DNA of 64,000 bases from Thermoplasmatota archaeon (GCA_040751795.1 JBFMHR010000003.1:1-64000), one strand, 5' to 3'; shown: positions 42,216-51,541, counted from the stretch's first letter. Program-made: numbers and translations. The notes: generated by a model from the letters alone, not told the origin.

Positions 42216-42968
42216 GTGCCCCGGTTCAGGGTAGTGCTCATCGAGCCTCTGCACGACGGGAACGTCGGCGCCATCGCGAGGGCCATGAAGAACTTCGGGC
42301 TGGACGACCTCGTCCTCGTCAGGCCGTGCGCGATCGGCGAGGAGGCCACCAAGAGGTCCATGCACGCCATCGACGTGCTCCAGAGCGCGAGGAGGGTGTT
42401 CACGGACGAGGAGGCGCTCAAGGGGGCGGACTTCGTGGCTGCGACCTCCGGCATCTCCACCTCCAACGAGAAGCGCTTCTCCAGGATCGCCATGACCCCG
42501 AGGGAGTTCGCGGAGAAGGTCAAGGACGTCGACGGGACGATAGCCGTACTCTTCGGGAGGGAGGACTTCGGCCTGGACAAGGAGCTCATCAGGCGCTGCG
42601 ACTTCCTCGTCACGGTGCCCGCGAATCCCGAGTACACCGTGATGAACATCAGCCACGCGGCCGCGGTCGTCTTCTACGAGCTCTTCGCGTCCAACTTCAC
42701 CAAGTGGGAGCCGAGGAAGGCGGCCGAGCTGGAGACGGAGAAGCTCCACGAGTACTTCGCGACGCTCCTGGACCTGATAGACTACCCGCAGCACAAGAAG
42801 GCGAAGACCAAGGTGATGTTCAGGAGGCTCATCGCGAGGTCCGCGCCCTCGACGTGGGAGTTCCACACCCTGATGGGCGTGCTGAACGACTCGATGAGGA
42901 AGTGCTCGGACGGGGAGGTCCCGAAGAGGCGCGCGAAAAAGGGGGGTAGCCCCTCCAAGTTGCGGTGA
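42216..42968 (+). CDS. trmJ: TrmJ-family SPOUT tRNA methyltransferase
   Basis: GNVGAIARAMKNFG, LFGREDFGL, MNISHA. Confidence 0.9.
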   Translation: MPRFRVVLIEPLHDGNVGAIARAMKNFGLDDLVLVRPCAIGEEATKRSMHAIDVLQSARRVFTDEEALKGADFVAATSGISTSNEKRFSRIAMTPREFAEKVKDVDGTIAVLFGREDFGLDKELIRRCDFLVTVPANPEYTVMNISHAAAVVFYELFASNFTKWEPRKAAELETEKLHEYFATLLDLIDYPQHKKAKTKVMFRRLIARSAPSTWEFHTLMGVLNDSMRKCSDGEVPKRRAKKGGSPSKLR

Positions 42969-43011
42969 GGGGCGTGGTTGTGGTTGTGTCTTCTGTGGGG
43001 GAGGAATCAGG

Positions 43012-44067
43012 TCATCCTAAGGCCCCTGCAAGGCCGTACGAGGGCGGCCTGTAGCCGACCTCCTCGATGCCTACCGGGGACGAGCACTGCGCCGCCGCTC
43101 CGGGCGTCCTGATGCCCGTGACGATCGCCATGAGCTTGATGTTGCTGCCAGCGTCGGGGTCTATGCGTGCGCCGAGCTTGATGTTCGCCGTGTCGCCGAG
43201 CCTGTTGGTTATGCCGTTGAAGACCTCGTAGGCCTTCCTCAGGGAGAGCGTGGGCCCGCCCGTGACGTGTATCATCGCCCCGGTGGCGCCCTCGAAGTCT
43301 ATGTCCAGGAGGGGGTTGCTGATCGCCTCGAGGACGACCTTGTGGGCGTCCTCGCTCTCGCCGTAGAGGACCGTGGACGCGCCGCCCTTGAGCATCATCG
43401 TCCTGAAGTCCGCGAAGTCCAGGTTGATCATGCTGGTCTCGCAGATCGTCTCGGTGACGCCCCTGACGACCTCCACGATGAGCTGGTCCATGACCATGAA
43501 CGCCTGCTCTATCGGCAGCTTGGGCACTATCTTGAGGAGCCTGTTGTTGTCGAGGATGATGGTGCTGTGGGCGCGCTCGCGCAGCTTCGCGATCCCCGCC
43601 ATGGCCACGCGCGACCTGCCCTTCTCTATGTCGAAGGGGATGGTCACGAGCGCGACGGAGATCGCGCCGTGCTTGCGGGCCGCCTCCGCGACGACCGGGG
43701 CGACTCCCGTGCCCGTCCCCCCGCCCATGCCGGCGGCGACGAACACGATGTCGTAGTCCCGGACGAGGAGCTCGATCTTGTCCAGGTAGTCGTAGGCGAC
43801 CTTCTCCCCTATGGCGGGGTCGCCCCCCGTGCCGTATCCGTTGGTGAAGTTGTCGCCGATGAGGAGCTTCTTGCCGGCGTTCACCCTGGACATGTGGAAC
43901 TTGTCGGTGTTGATGGCTATGGTGTCCGCCTCGAGGCCGGCCTGGTTCATCCTGTGCACGCTGTTGGAGCCGCCGCCTCCGCAGCCGACGACGCAGATCT
44001 TGGGGGACAGGCGCGCCTCGAGGTCGCAGTCGTTCTCGAGGGCGTCCTGGATGATCCTGTTGAGCAT
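43012..44067 (-). CDS. ftsZ: Cell division protein FtsZ (FtsZ2-type by context)
   Basis: GCGGGGSN, GMGGGTGTG, INLDFAD; downstream of an RHH gene as in cdrS-ftsZ2 loci. Confidence 0.92.
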   Translation of the reverse strand: MLNRIIQDALENDCDLEARLSPKICVVGCGGGGSNSVHRMNQAGLEADTIAINTDKFHMSRVNAGKKLLIGDNFTNGYGTGGDPAIGEKVAYDYLDKIELLVRDYDIVFVAAGMGGGTGTGVAPVVAEAARKHGAISVALVTIPFDIEKGRSRVAMAGIAKLRERAHSTIILDNNRLLKIVPKLPIEQAFMVMDQLIVEVVRGVTETICETSMINLDFADFRTMMLKGGASTVLYGESEDAHKVVLEAISNPLLDIDFEGATGAMIHVTGGPTLSLRKAYEVFNGITNRLGDTANIKLGARIDPDAGSNIKLMAIVTGIRTPGAAAQCSSPVGIEEVGYRPPSYGLAGALG

Positions 44068-44155
44068 GCGCTAACCGCACCTCCCGGGGGAGGGCGTGCG
44101 CTCATGCGTACATGCGTGCGTGGCCGACATCTTCCCATCCCTTGTTTCTAGGCCG

Positions 44156-44470
44156 TCACCGCTCCAGTTCCTCTATCGCCTTCGACAGCCTCTTGCGTAT
44201 GTATTCGCGCACGGCGTTCCTTATCGCGTCGTCGACGGACACGGAGTCGCCGTCCTGGACGAGCTGCTTGAGGTTGACCACATTCCCCTTGGGCAGCTCG
44301 ACTGTGACCTTCTCTATGTACTCGGGCGTGAACTCGCCCTCGACGAACTTGTCGATGGCGGCCCTAATCGCGTCAGATATGGTGGAGAACCTGCCCTGGT
44401 CCACGAGAGCCTGGAGTGCATGGATGCGCTCCTCCGGGAGCCGGATTGTGACCCGCTCTGACTCTACCAT
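44156..44470 (-). CDS. Ribbon-helix-helix regulator, CdrS-like (two RHH units)
   Basis: ERVTIRLP...ISDAIRAAI and KVTVELP...VDDAIRNAV; upstream of ftsZ. Confidence 0.8.
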   Translation of the reverse strand: MVESERVTIRLPEERIHALQALVDQGRFSTISDAIRAAIDKFVEGEFTPEYIEKVTVELPKGNVVNLKQLVQDGDSVSVDDAIRNAVREYIRKRLSKAIEELER

Positions 44471-44537
44471 CTGGCAGCCTCCTGTCGTCCGACGATATCG
44501 CGGTGTTCGTCAGACAAATGTCAGTATCAACTCCGTG

Positions 44538-44552
44538 ATATTTATACCTTTT
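44538..44552 (-). promoter_or_regulatory. BRE-TATA promoter of the RHH-ftsZ operon
   Basis: AAAAGG-TATAAATA on the minus strand, about 70 bp upstream of the ATG. Confidence 0.6.
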
Positions 44553-44572
44553 CAGCCCTCGGTTCTGGTGCA

Positions 44573-44945
44573 TTAGCGGGTGTTGGCCGTCCGCTGTTTG
44601 TCCGCTGTTTCTTTTCGGGTGCTGGCTAGCTTCAATAACTCGTGCCATTTGAAGCCCTTTAGAGGGGGCAGATCGGCGGCCTCTCCAGGGGTCTTTCCTA
44701 GTGTCTGATGCGTCCGCACCATGTCGTAGTGCACTCTCCACCCGTCCATCAGGGCGGCTGCGCCCGTCTCTCCGTCGAAGGCCCTCATGACCTTGGTTCG
44801 GGACTTCTCCGAGCCGTGGAGCCTCTCGATCTTGTTGTTGTTCTTCTCCGCCCTGATGCTCTCGACCAGGACATGCGGGTTCTTGTGGCCCGTGCCAAGC
44901 TCGCGCCTGATGGCCTTCGGGTAGCCTGGAGGCAACGTCGTCGGG
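44573..44945 (-). pseudogene. 3' fragment of IS6-like DDE transposase
   Basis: YPKAI...NNNKIERLHG...VHYDMVRTHQTLGKTPGEAA; N-terminal part missing. Confidence 0.8.
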
Positions 44946-44955
44946 CATAATGTCG

Positions 44956-45747
44956 TCATCTCAAAGCCCACCGCAACACTTCCGACAATACCGTCAGTCC
45001 AATAGGAATGAGGATGTACGCCACAGCTGTCCAAAGCCGCTTCTTCCATACGTCTCCTATCCTACTATGCTCAGGGCCAGTTACGAGTTCGACTCTTGGA
45101 TAGAGGTTTTCAAACCGTTTAACAAAAGATGGCATTGCATATATCGCTGCGATGAAGAACACAAGGAAGAGAAACCAGAATGCGTTGCTATCCCACTCTG
45201 CATCCTCAGTGAGCTTGGTCAATATCACGATTGTATTCGTGAAGAGATAAGCGAACACTAGCGGCAATAATGTAATCATGCAGAATCGTCTTAGCTTTGT
45301 AAATTTCACCTGCGGCTTTGCGTCTCCGATTATCTTCTCTAGAGTACCCCGAATGCCATTTACCCAGATGTCCTGGCTACCTGTAACGGATATTACATTG
45401 TTTGTGTCGGTATCAGAACCATGTTCCAGCCGGATAGAAATGGTCTTATTCTCATCCTTATTCTCAAATACCATTTCTACATAGACAATCCTCTTGTCAT
45501 AGAGCCGTCCTCCTTCTGCGAAGACCCCTGCGTCGTCACATTCGTATTGCGTCCCGTCCGAACTTCGAAGAATGTATTTCCTCGTCGGTACTGTCCTTGT
45601 CGGTGGATACACAACAACAGGGTCATCGGGGTCAGCTTCCTCGGCAGTTTTCAGATATTCTGCCTCAATGACCTCTGCCAACTTCCTAATGTCGCCAATC
45701 GTGAATATCCTGTCAGAAATCCTGTATGGTGGCGGGGTGATCTTCAT
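44956..45747 (-). CDS. Hypothetical membrane protein (soluble N-terminal domain plus 3 TM), passenger of the IS6-derived element
   Basis: 263-aa ORF with AAGGAGG SD, lower GC than host, three hydrophobic segments in the C-terminal half. Confidence 0.8.
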   Translation of the reverse strand: MKITPPPYRISDRIFTIGDIRKLAEVIEAEYLKTAEEADPDDPVVVYPPTRTVPTRKYILRSSDGTQYECDDAGVFAEGGRLYDKRIVYVEMVFENKDENKTISIRLEHGSDTDTNNVISVTGSQDIWVNGIRGTLEKIIGDAKPQVKFTKLRRFCMITLLPLVFAYLFTNTIVILTKLTEDAEWDSNAFWFLFLVFFIAAIYAMPSFVKRFENLYPRVELVTGPEHSRIGDVWKKRLWTAVAYILIPIGLTVLSEVLRWALR

Positions 45748-45987
45748 AATCGTTGATTCCTCCTTCGACTATCCACGTCGAAATACTATAGTGAGCTTAT
45801 GAATGTAATTCATGAATCATCTGGTCATGCTTGATTTCGCTGGATTCCGCCCACCACCCAAATTGCCACGCTCAGGCGGGGCCGTCAGACCACCCTCCGA
45901 TTTGCTCCAGAACCTCAGCCTCGGGCATTGTCATCTTGAGTGTGATAGCCAGACCACGTCTGGTATGACGAATTTCTTACGAGTTCG

Positions 45988-46923
45988 CTACTCAGCTGAG
46001 TACTTGTATCGAAGGTCGACCAGAATCCTGTCATAGAGGTTAGAGGCACTCTCGAGGTATGCCGAGGCGGCAAGGGCTTTTCCCCTCAGTTCTTCTGAAT
46101 GGAGGGCAGTAACAAGACCTGGTACCCTGATCTTCTTGCCATCGAGATTGCTGATCACGAAAGGTCGGTCGCCACCCCATATCAAAGTGTTGAAATAATC
46201 CTTCTGAGGTGATTGGCTTTGGTGCTCCGTGAGATGCTTGTACATTGTGAAGACCACGCTGCGCACAATCTCGGTCTGGTCATCCGGCTTCGTGCGTTCT
46301 ACATCCACTCCTTTCGCAATCTCATAGGCTTCGGTGGCAAAGTCGTTGAAATTCCTGATGAACGAGACTGATTCCTTCTCCAGCTCATCCATCATATTGA
46401 CAAGGTTTCCGTCGAGGTACTGCATGTCTTTCTGACGATCTGGCGTGATGTGCTTCCGCCACGCTGTCACAAGTCCCTCGGGAATCTTCCCGTCTTCAAA
46501 CCGAAGATTGCCAGCTCTGATTCTGACAACTGTGCTAGGCATCATAGAGGTCTTGTACTTGACAAAAGCTTCCTGGGCAGCAGCACTCAACTTCCCGTCC
46601 TCCTGCCTTAGGACTGATGCACGGTTTCGAAGGCTGACCGCCTTTCTATCAGCCGATAAAGTACACCACAGCGCGGAACACCACAACATTATCATTGAGA
46701 AGAAGGTGAGCGCCGATGCGACAACGGCTATCTGCCTGAAGGGCTCGCCCTCCGGTGCATACGCGAGACTCGTTAGGAGGGCTACGAGAACCACAATAAT
46801 CACAGTTGGCAGCCCCTTCAGGAGACTCATCCATATCTCCCTGTGAGTTTCGAGGTCTTGAATGTCTTGATTGGATTGCCTAAGTTCCTCATTGAGACCT
46901 GCAAGCCTTCCGCCCACAACCAT
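45988..46923 (-). CDS. Hypothetical membrane protein (2 N-proximal TM plus helical domain)
   Basis: 311-aa ORF in the lower-GC patch; no recognised family. Confidence 0.7.
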   Translation of the reverse strand: MVVGGRLAGLNEELRQSNQDIQDLETHREIWMSLLKGLPTVIIVVLVALLTSLAYAPEGEPFRQIAVVASALTFFSMIMLWCSALWCTLSADRKAVSLRNRASVLRQEDGKLSAAAQEAFVKYKTSMMPSTVVRIRAGNLRFEDGKIPEGLVTAWRKHITPDRQKDMQYLDGNLVNMMDELEKESVSFIRNFNDFATEAYEIAKGVDVERTKPDDQTEIVRSVVFTMYKHLTEHQSQSPQKDYFNTLIWGGDRPFVISNLDGKKIRVPGLVTALHSEELRGKALAASAYLESASNLYDRILVDLRYKYSAE

Positions 46924-47156
46924 TGAACCGAGAACTACGAAGTTGGTGATTAAACTGACTCAGCGAACAGTCCACTGAATGGAGTCTCCCCCAACCATTC
47001 TCAAATGGGCAGATAAAACCGGCCTTCTCTGCGAGGGGCAGTCCACCCAGCACAGAGTGTCTCCTCAAGAAGTTGTACTGAATCACGGAAGAAGGCACCT
47101 TGTCATGACAATCCTCAAATAGCGCACAACAGATGGATTCCTCTGGAGGAGGTGGT

Positions 47157-47675
47157 ATGCAAGCCTCTAGTCTTAGTCTTGAGAAGAGAGGATTCTGGGA
47201 AGCATCGAGGGAGGCCTACAGGTTCATTCTGGCTATGGCCATCCTGATCATCTTCGGGATGTTGCTGGTAGCCACCATGGCGGGAGGATATACTGACCCG
47301 ACGGTCATTGCGGGCATGTTCAGCGGCTGGATAGTAGCCATCATTGGCTTCTACTTCATGGATGAAGTGTCTGCTCGGTCTACGTCCGAAGAGGTCAAGC
47401 GAGCAGTCCAGAGCCAATACGACGATGCATTCGCAGCGCACGAGGAGAACCTAAGGGCAAAAGACACCGTCATACAGCGGTTGAAGGACGAGCTAGTCAC
47501 TCTATCCTATGACTGTGCCAGGGCCAAGAAGGAGCGGGATGAAATCATAAACCAGCAGAAGGAGGCTCTCGAGAAGCTGATAAACGAGGTCGAGGAACGA
47601 CGAGCATTTGCGAAGCAATTCTCAGACATGCTAACTCAGCTTGGCCCGAAGCCAGAGAGTGTGAAGGAGGGATAG
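47157..47675 (+). CDS. Hypothetical 2-TM plus coiled-coil protein
   Basis: Strong SD GGAGGAGGTGG; TMs ending GWIVAIIGFYF; heptad-rich C-terminus. Confidence 0.75.
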   Translation: MQASSLSLEKRGFWEASREAYRFILAMAILIIFGMLLVATMAGGYTDPTVIAGMFSGWIVAIIGFYFMDEVSARSTSEEVKRAVQSQYDDAFAAHEENLRAKDTVIQRLKDELVTLSYDCARAKKERDEIINQQKEALEKLINEVEERRAFAKQFSDMLTQLGPKPESVKEG

Positions 47676-47708
47676 ATCCTTTCCAAGGAAAGGTGTGAGG
47701 TGCTGTCT

Positions 47709-47960
47709 ATGGCAGAGGAGAAGGAAACCCTGAAGCAAAAGGTTACCCGTTTCGAGGAATGGCTTGAAGAGATTGACAAGCAGAACCAGGTCAACTTCGA
47801 GGAATTGAAGCTGGTGCTCAAGCGAAAACCGTCTGAAGATGACTCATGTGCCGATGTCAGACTGGCTGTTCAGCAGACAGTTGCCAGGGCAACTGAGGAT
47901 AGTGTCAGGATAGACAACGAATCCAGGGAGAGATTGAGGAAGGTCAAGAGGGCGTTCTGA
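47709..47960 (+). CDS. Small hypothetical helical protein
   Basis: SD GAGGTG; co-directional with the preceding gene; charged, helical composition. Confidence 0.65.
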   Translation: MAEEKETLKQKVTRFEEWLEEIDKQNQVNFEELKLVLKRKPSEDDSCADVRLAVQQTVARATEDSVRIDNESRERLRKVKRAF

Positions 47961-48001
47961 ACTTCAATCGAGCTCTGTCCACTGCTGCGTCCAATGATGT
48001 C

Positions 48002-48343
48002 CTACGAACTCAACCACGCTGACAGGAACTCGAGGTAGTCCTGGGAGTTCTTGCCGAACGAGTGGTTCTCCACCGACTCCATGAGCCTGTCGACGCAGTT
48101 CACCATGGCCCTGTCCGACCACTTCTTCTCCGCCGCCACGACCCTCACGACGTTGAACAGCGTCCAGGGGAGGATGGTGTAGTCCTTAACCGTGTCCTCG
48201 CCGACGAGGATTCTCCGGAGGCTCTTGAGGGCCTTGAGCACATCGCTGTCGGTCATCGATGGATCGAGCTCGTAGAGTTCTAGGATTGTTGACTCCATTC
48301 CCCAGTAGACCGGGGCATACTTCCCCCAATGGCTCCTGCTCAC
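48002..48343 (-). CDS. Hypothetical protein
   Basis: GTG start overlapping the stop of the upstream transposase remnant; helical, ending DYLEFL. Confidence 0.6.
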   Translation of the reverse strand: MSRSHWGKYAPVYWGMESTILELYELDPSMTDSDVLKALKSLRRILVGEDTVKDYTILPWTLFNVVRVVAAEKKWSDRAMVNCVDRLMESVENHSFGKNSQDYLEFLSAWLSS

Positions 48344-48453
48344 GCCACGTTCATGGGGCGAGCTGTTGAAGATGCTTTCGGATACCGTGCCATGATCTCC
48401 TTCTTGAGCAGTTCGCGGATGTTGTGGAGGGTGACCCTCAGCCTGAGCTCCCT
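48340..48453 (-). pseudogene. C-terminal remnant of a probable IS5/IS4-like transposase
   Basis: Frame RELRLRVTLHNIRELLKKEIMARYPKASSTARPMNVA* resembles the ELxL...HN terminal motif; cut exactly at the IS6 IR. Confidence 0.45.
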
Positions 48454-48579
48454 GGTTCTGGTGCATCAACGGGCAGTGGCAGTCCGCTGTTTGTCCGCTG
48501 TTTCTTTTCGGGTGCTGGCTAGCTTCAGAAGCTCATGCCATTTGAAGCCCTTCGGAGGGGGCAGGTCGGCGGCCTCTCC
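48454..48579 (-). mobile_element. Second IS6-like end fragment, 126-bp imperfect direct repeat of 44561-44686
   Basis: Shares the GGTTCTGGTGCAT IR and the last transposase codons (GEAADLPP..GFKWHELLKLASTRKETADKQRTA). Confidence 0.88.
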
Positions 48580-48593
48580 GGGGCCGGATGCGG

Positions 48594-50033
48594 TCAGATC
48601 GAGAGCATGTATTCCTTCGGGATCGAGACGATGTTATCTTCCGGGAACACGGAGAGCTCGTTCTCGGATATCAGGACCCCGTACTTCGGCCGGACCTTCT
48701 TAGCCGTCCTGATGATCTGTCCCTTCCCCTTGGTCCCGTACCCCACCTCGATGACTATCTCCTCACCGCTCGAGAGCCTGACGATGAAGTCTGCGCCCCC
48801 TTCGCGCGCGTCGTGGAAGAAGTCGAGCCAGTTCTCCGTCCCCCGCAGCCTGAACAGGGATGCCGAGACCGCCTCCTCGAGGAGGCGGCCGTGTACCTCA
48901 GGGGTGTGAGCGAACTTGCCCACGAGGTGCAGCAGCGCCGCCTTGACCACCGGGGCGTTGAACTTGTACTTCGGGGACTTGCTGATCCCGCTCGAGACGG
49001 AGCCATAGGGCCTGATCGGATAGATGACCTCGGACTTGATCAACACGTCCAGGACCTCGCTCAGGGCGGACCTGGATATCTTGACCTTCTGGCTCAGCGA
49101 CTCGTAGCTGCACTTCCCATTGACGGCGAACAGCAGGAGGATGTTGAATATCTTGTCCAGGGTCTCCTTGTCGAAGTTCTGGATGGCGGGTATGTCGGAG
49201 TTGACGATCTTCGACAGCGAGTCGAGGACGCGGCCGAACACGTCCTCCTCCTCCGAGAAGGGGATCGCGAACGGGAGCGTCCCGACGGTCAGGAACGTCT
49301 CGACCTCGTAGGGCTTGATCGATGACCAGTAGCGGTCGACCTCCCCCTTCATCCCCCTCAGGCTCTCGTAAGCCTCGATGGCGTCCTTCGAGCGGAATAT
49401 GGCGCCCTCTATCCTCTCCTTCAGGTTCCTCGTCTGGGTCACCTTGTGCTTCAGGGTCATGTACTCGGGGAAGTTCAGGGGGTACAGCCTCTCCTTCCTC
49501 GCCCGCCTCGCCGCGTCGGAGCTGCTCTGCAGAGAGAGGGCTGACGACCCGGTGGTGATCATGAAGACCCTCCTGGTGCGGTCGAAGACGGCCTTCTGCG
49601 CGACCGCCCAGTTCCTATCATAGTGGGCCTCGTCGACCAGGAGGAAGTGGTTGCCAGAGAGGTCCTCGAGGCTGGTGTTCATGAGGGACTCGTAGGCCCT
49701 GACGACGCCGTTCAGGTCCGCGCCTATCAGCCTGGTGACCTGGTCCATCGAGACGTATAGTATGTTCTGCTGGGGCACCCCCTGCTGCGCCAGATGGAAG
49801 TACAATTGGGCCAGCAGAGTGGTCTTGCCCGTCCCCCGGAGGCCGGAGAAGACCACCCACCTGTCCTCCGAGCGTCCGCTCAGATAGCCGTCCAGGAGCG
49901 TCCTGAAGCGATAGTAGGCCCATCGCCAGTAGATGCGGTTCCCTCCGGCGTCGAGGGTGTAGTTGCCCAGCATGGTCGGTGCGAGGGACACCCGGCTGCG
50001 GACGTGGTCCATCAGCAGGGGCGATACTTCCAT
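48594..50033 (-). CDS. AAA+ ATPase (AAA_14 plus DUF4143-type C-terminus)
   Basis: GLRGTGKTT, LLVDEAH, TGSS, C-terminal ADF...IEVG nuclease-like motif. Confidence 0.88.
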   Translation of the reverse strand: MEVSPLLMDHVRSRVSLAPTMLGNYTLDAGGNRIYWRWAYYRFRTLLDGYLSGRSEDRWVVFSGLRGTGKTTLLAQLYFHLAQQGVPQQNILYVSMDQVTRLIGADLNGVVRAYESLMNTSLEDLSGNHFLLVDEAHYDRNWAVAQKAVFDRTRRVFMITTGSSALSLQSSSDAARRARKERLYPLNFPEYMTLKHKVTQTRNLKERIEGAIFRSKDAIEAYESLRGMKGEVDRYWSSIKPYEVETFLTVGTLPFAIPFSEEEDVFGRVLDSLSKIVNSDIPAIQNFDKETLDKIFNILLLFAVNGKCSYESLSQKVKISRSALSEVLDVLIKSEVIYPIRPYGSVSSGISKSPKYKFNAPVVKAALLHLVGKFAHTPEVHGRLLEEAVSASLFRLRGTENWLDFFHDAREGGADFIVRLSSGEEIVIEVGYGTKGKGQIIRTAKKVRPKYGVLISENELSVFPEDNIVSIPKEYMLSI

Positions 50034-50339
50034 CACAGTATGTTATATCATACCATAAGATAATGATTATGTATCGCTGTAGACTACTCTTAGTGCGACA
50101 ACACCTATAGCGAGCGATGTACGCCCATGCGCGGTATGGCTCCTCAGTCAGTCTCTCCAGGGCCGATGGATGGAGTGAGTATCCCCTTGGAGGGGGATAC
50201 TTACACCGACTCCCGTGTCGGTCCCGTGGCGTTGCCTCGGCAATCAGCCACCAGACCCCGGGGACCGGAGAGCATCTGGAACCGGCGGCCGACTGATGCC
50301 GCGGTGGCCGTGTTCCTTCCGAGCGAGAAATAGAGGTTT

Positions 50340-50364
50340 CGAGAGGGGCCGCCCACCCCTCTCG
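50340..50364 (-). terminator. Hairpin downstream of the clostripain-like gene
   Basis: CGAGAGGGG-N7-CCCCTCTCG followed on the minus strand by a pyrimidine-rich tract. Confidence 0.45.
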
Positions 50365-50380
50365 CTGTCGTAGAGGTTTC

Positions 50381-51541
50381 TCAGTTGTAGTCGTTGAGGA
50401 ACGCCCACCAACCCATGTCGATGGCCCAGGCGACCTCGGTGTACGCGTCGGCGTACATGTCCCAATCGCCGCCCACACCCCACCACAGGGTGAGGCCGTG
50501 GCACGCCGCGGCGCCGGGCCCGTTGTCGAAGGCTAGGACCGCGTCGTCTATGGCGACGATCATCGCGGACGTCAAGGTCCTCAACGTGGTGTCCTTGATC
50601 TTCGCGTCGGCGAGCAGCCACTCGCCCAGGTCGGCCATGTCCACGTGCTCGGATGTCGCCCATGCGCAGTAGGCGCTGCTGAGCGCGTACTTGTAGTTCT
50701 TCTTGTACAGGGCCAGGTCCGTGTGCATCCTCGCGCACCAGGCGTCGAACACCGAGGCCTGGGCACCTATGCTCGCGACGTCCACTGCCGACAGGGCGAC
50801 GGTCTGCGCCCAGTTCAGCGGGTCGTAGTACGCCGCCCATCCGGCGACCATGTCCACCGCGACCTGGTCCGGGGTCCTCGCCGCGTTGCTCGCGAGCGGC
50901 GCGAACATCAGGTCGTACGGGAAGCCGTTCATCGGGATGGTCTCCTCGGACGCGACCATGTTGTCCACCATGCCCGTCAGCGAGACCTGGTAGACGACCT
51001 CGATCGCCGCCATGTTGCAGCAGTCGAACGACAGCACGTCGATGTGCACACCGGCGTTCACGAGCGACGCCTGCAGCTCGGGCATCGTGATCTTGTCGCC
51101 GGAGGTCTGGTCGTTGCTGAAGTACCTCCACGCGTAGCCGTGGTCGGACGCCGTCACGACCAGGTTCTCGGACGGATATAGGGTCGTGACCTCGGTCAGG
51201 AACCACGCGAAGGTCGCGCCGTCGCCGAAGTTCATCTCGGGATACGTGTTCACAACCGTCACCGTCCCGCCCTCGATCTCCATGAGCTCGATGGTCTGCG
51301 TGCTCATCCTGTCCAGCACGGCGACGATCTCGAAGTCGTCGCTGGCAGGTATGTTCAGCAGGGCCGGGAGGCTGTACTCGTCCCAGTACCTCTCGAGGTC
51401 GTTGTCGCCGTTGTAGTAGACTGCGAGCGTCCACGGGACCGGGTCCTGCGCCCTCGCGTTGCCCACGAGCAGCATGCCCGGGGCGACGAGGACTACTGCG
51501 GTCAGAATACCTAGGCACAATCTGGCTTTGTGTCCCCTCGT
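50381..51541 (-). CDS. Secreted clostripain-family (C11) cysteine peptidase
   Basis: WTLAVYYNGDNDLE, EMNFGD, SDHG catalytic His, FDCCNM catalytic Cys, VASEE; signal peptide ending ARA. Start uncertain (ACG 51541 or GTG 51595). Confidence 0.88.
   Translation of the reverse strand, partial: TRGHKARLCLGILTAVVLVAPGMLLVGNARAQDPVPWTLAVYYNGDNDLERYWDEYSLPALLNIPASDDFEIVAVLDRMSTQTIELMEIEGGTVTVVNTYPEMNFGDGATFAWFLTEVTTLYPSENLVVTASDHGYAWRYFSNDQTSGDKITMPELQASLVNAGVHIDVLSFDCCNMAAIEVVYQVSLTGMVDNMVASEETIPMNGFPYDLMFAPLASNAARTPDQVAVDMVAGWAAYYDPLNWAQTVALSAVDVASIGAQASVFDAWCARMHTDLALYKKNYKYALSSAYCAWATSEHVDMADLGEWLLADAKIKDTTLRTLTSAMIVAIDDAVLAFDNGPGAAACHGLTLWWGVGGDWDMYADAYTEVAWAIDMGWWAFLNDYN

Larger units (their letters stand above)
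44561..45914 (-). mobile_element. IS6-family-derived non-autonomous element carrying a passenger gene
   Basis: Terminal IRs GGTTCTGGTGCA and GGTTCTGGAGCA (11/12), resembling IS6-family ends; flanks TCAGCCCTC and TCAGCCTC are a near target-site duplication. Confidence 0.75.

Noticed and set aside
44573-45049. 158-aa ORF as an intact small transposase
   Set aside because: Its first ~35 codons overlap the passenger gene end in another frame, and the N-terminal catalytic region is missing.
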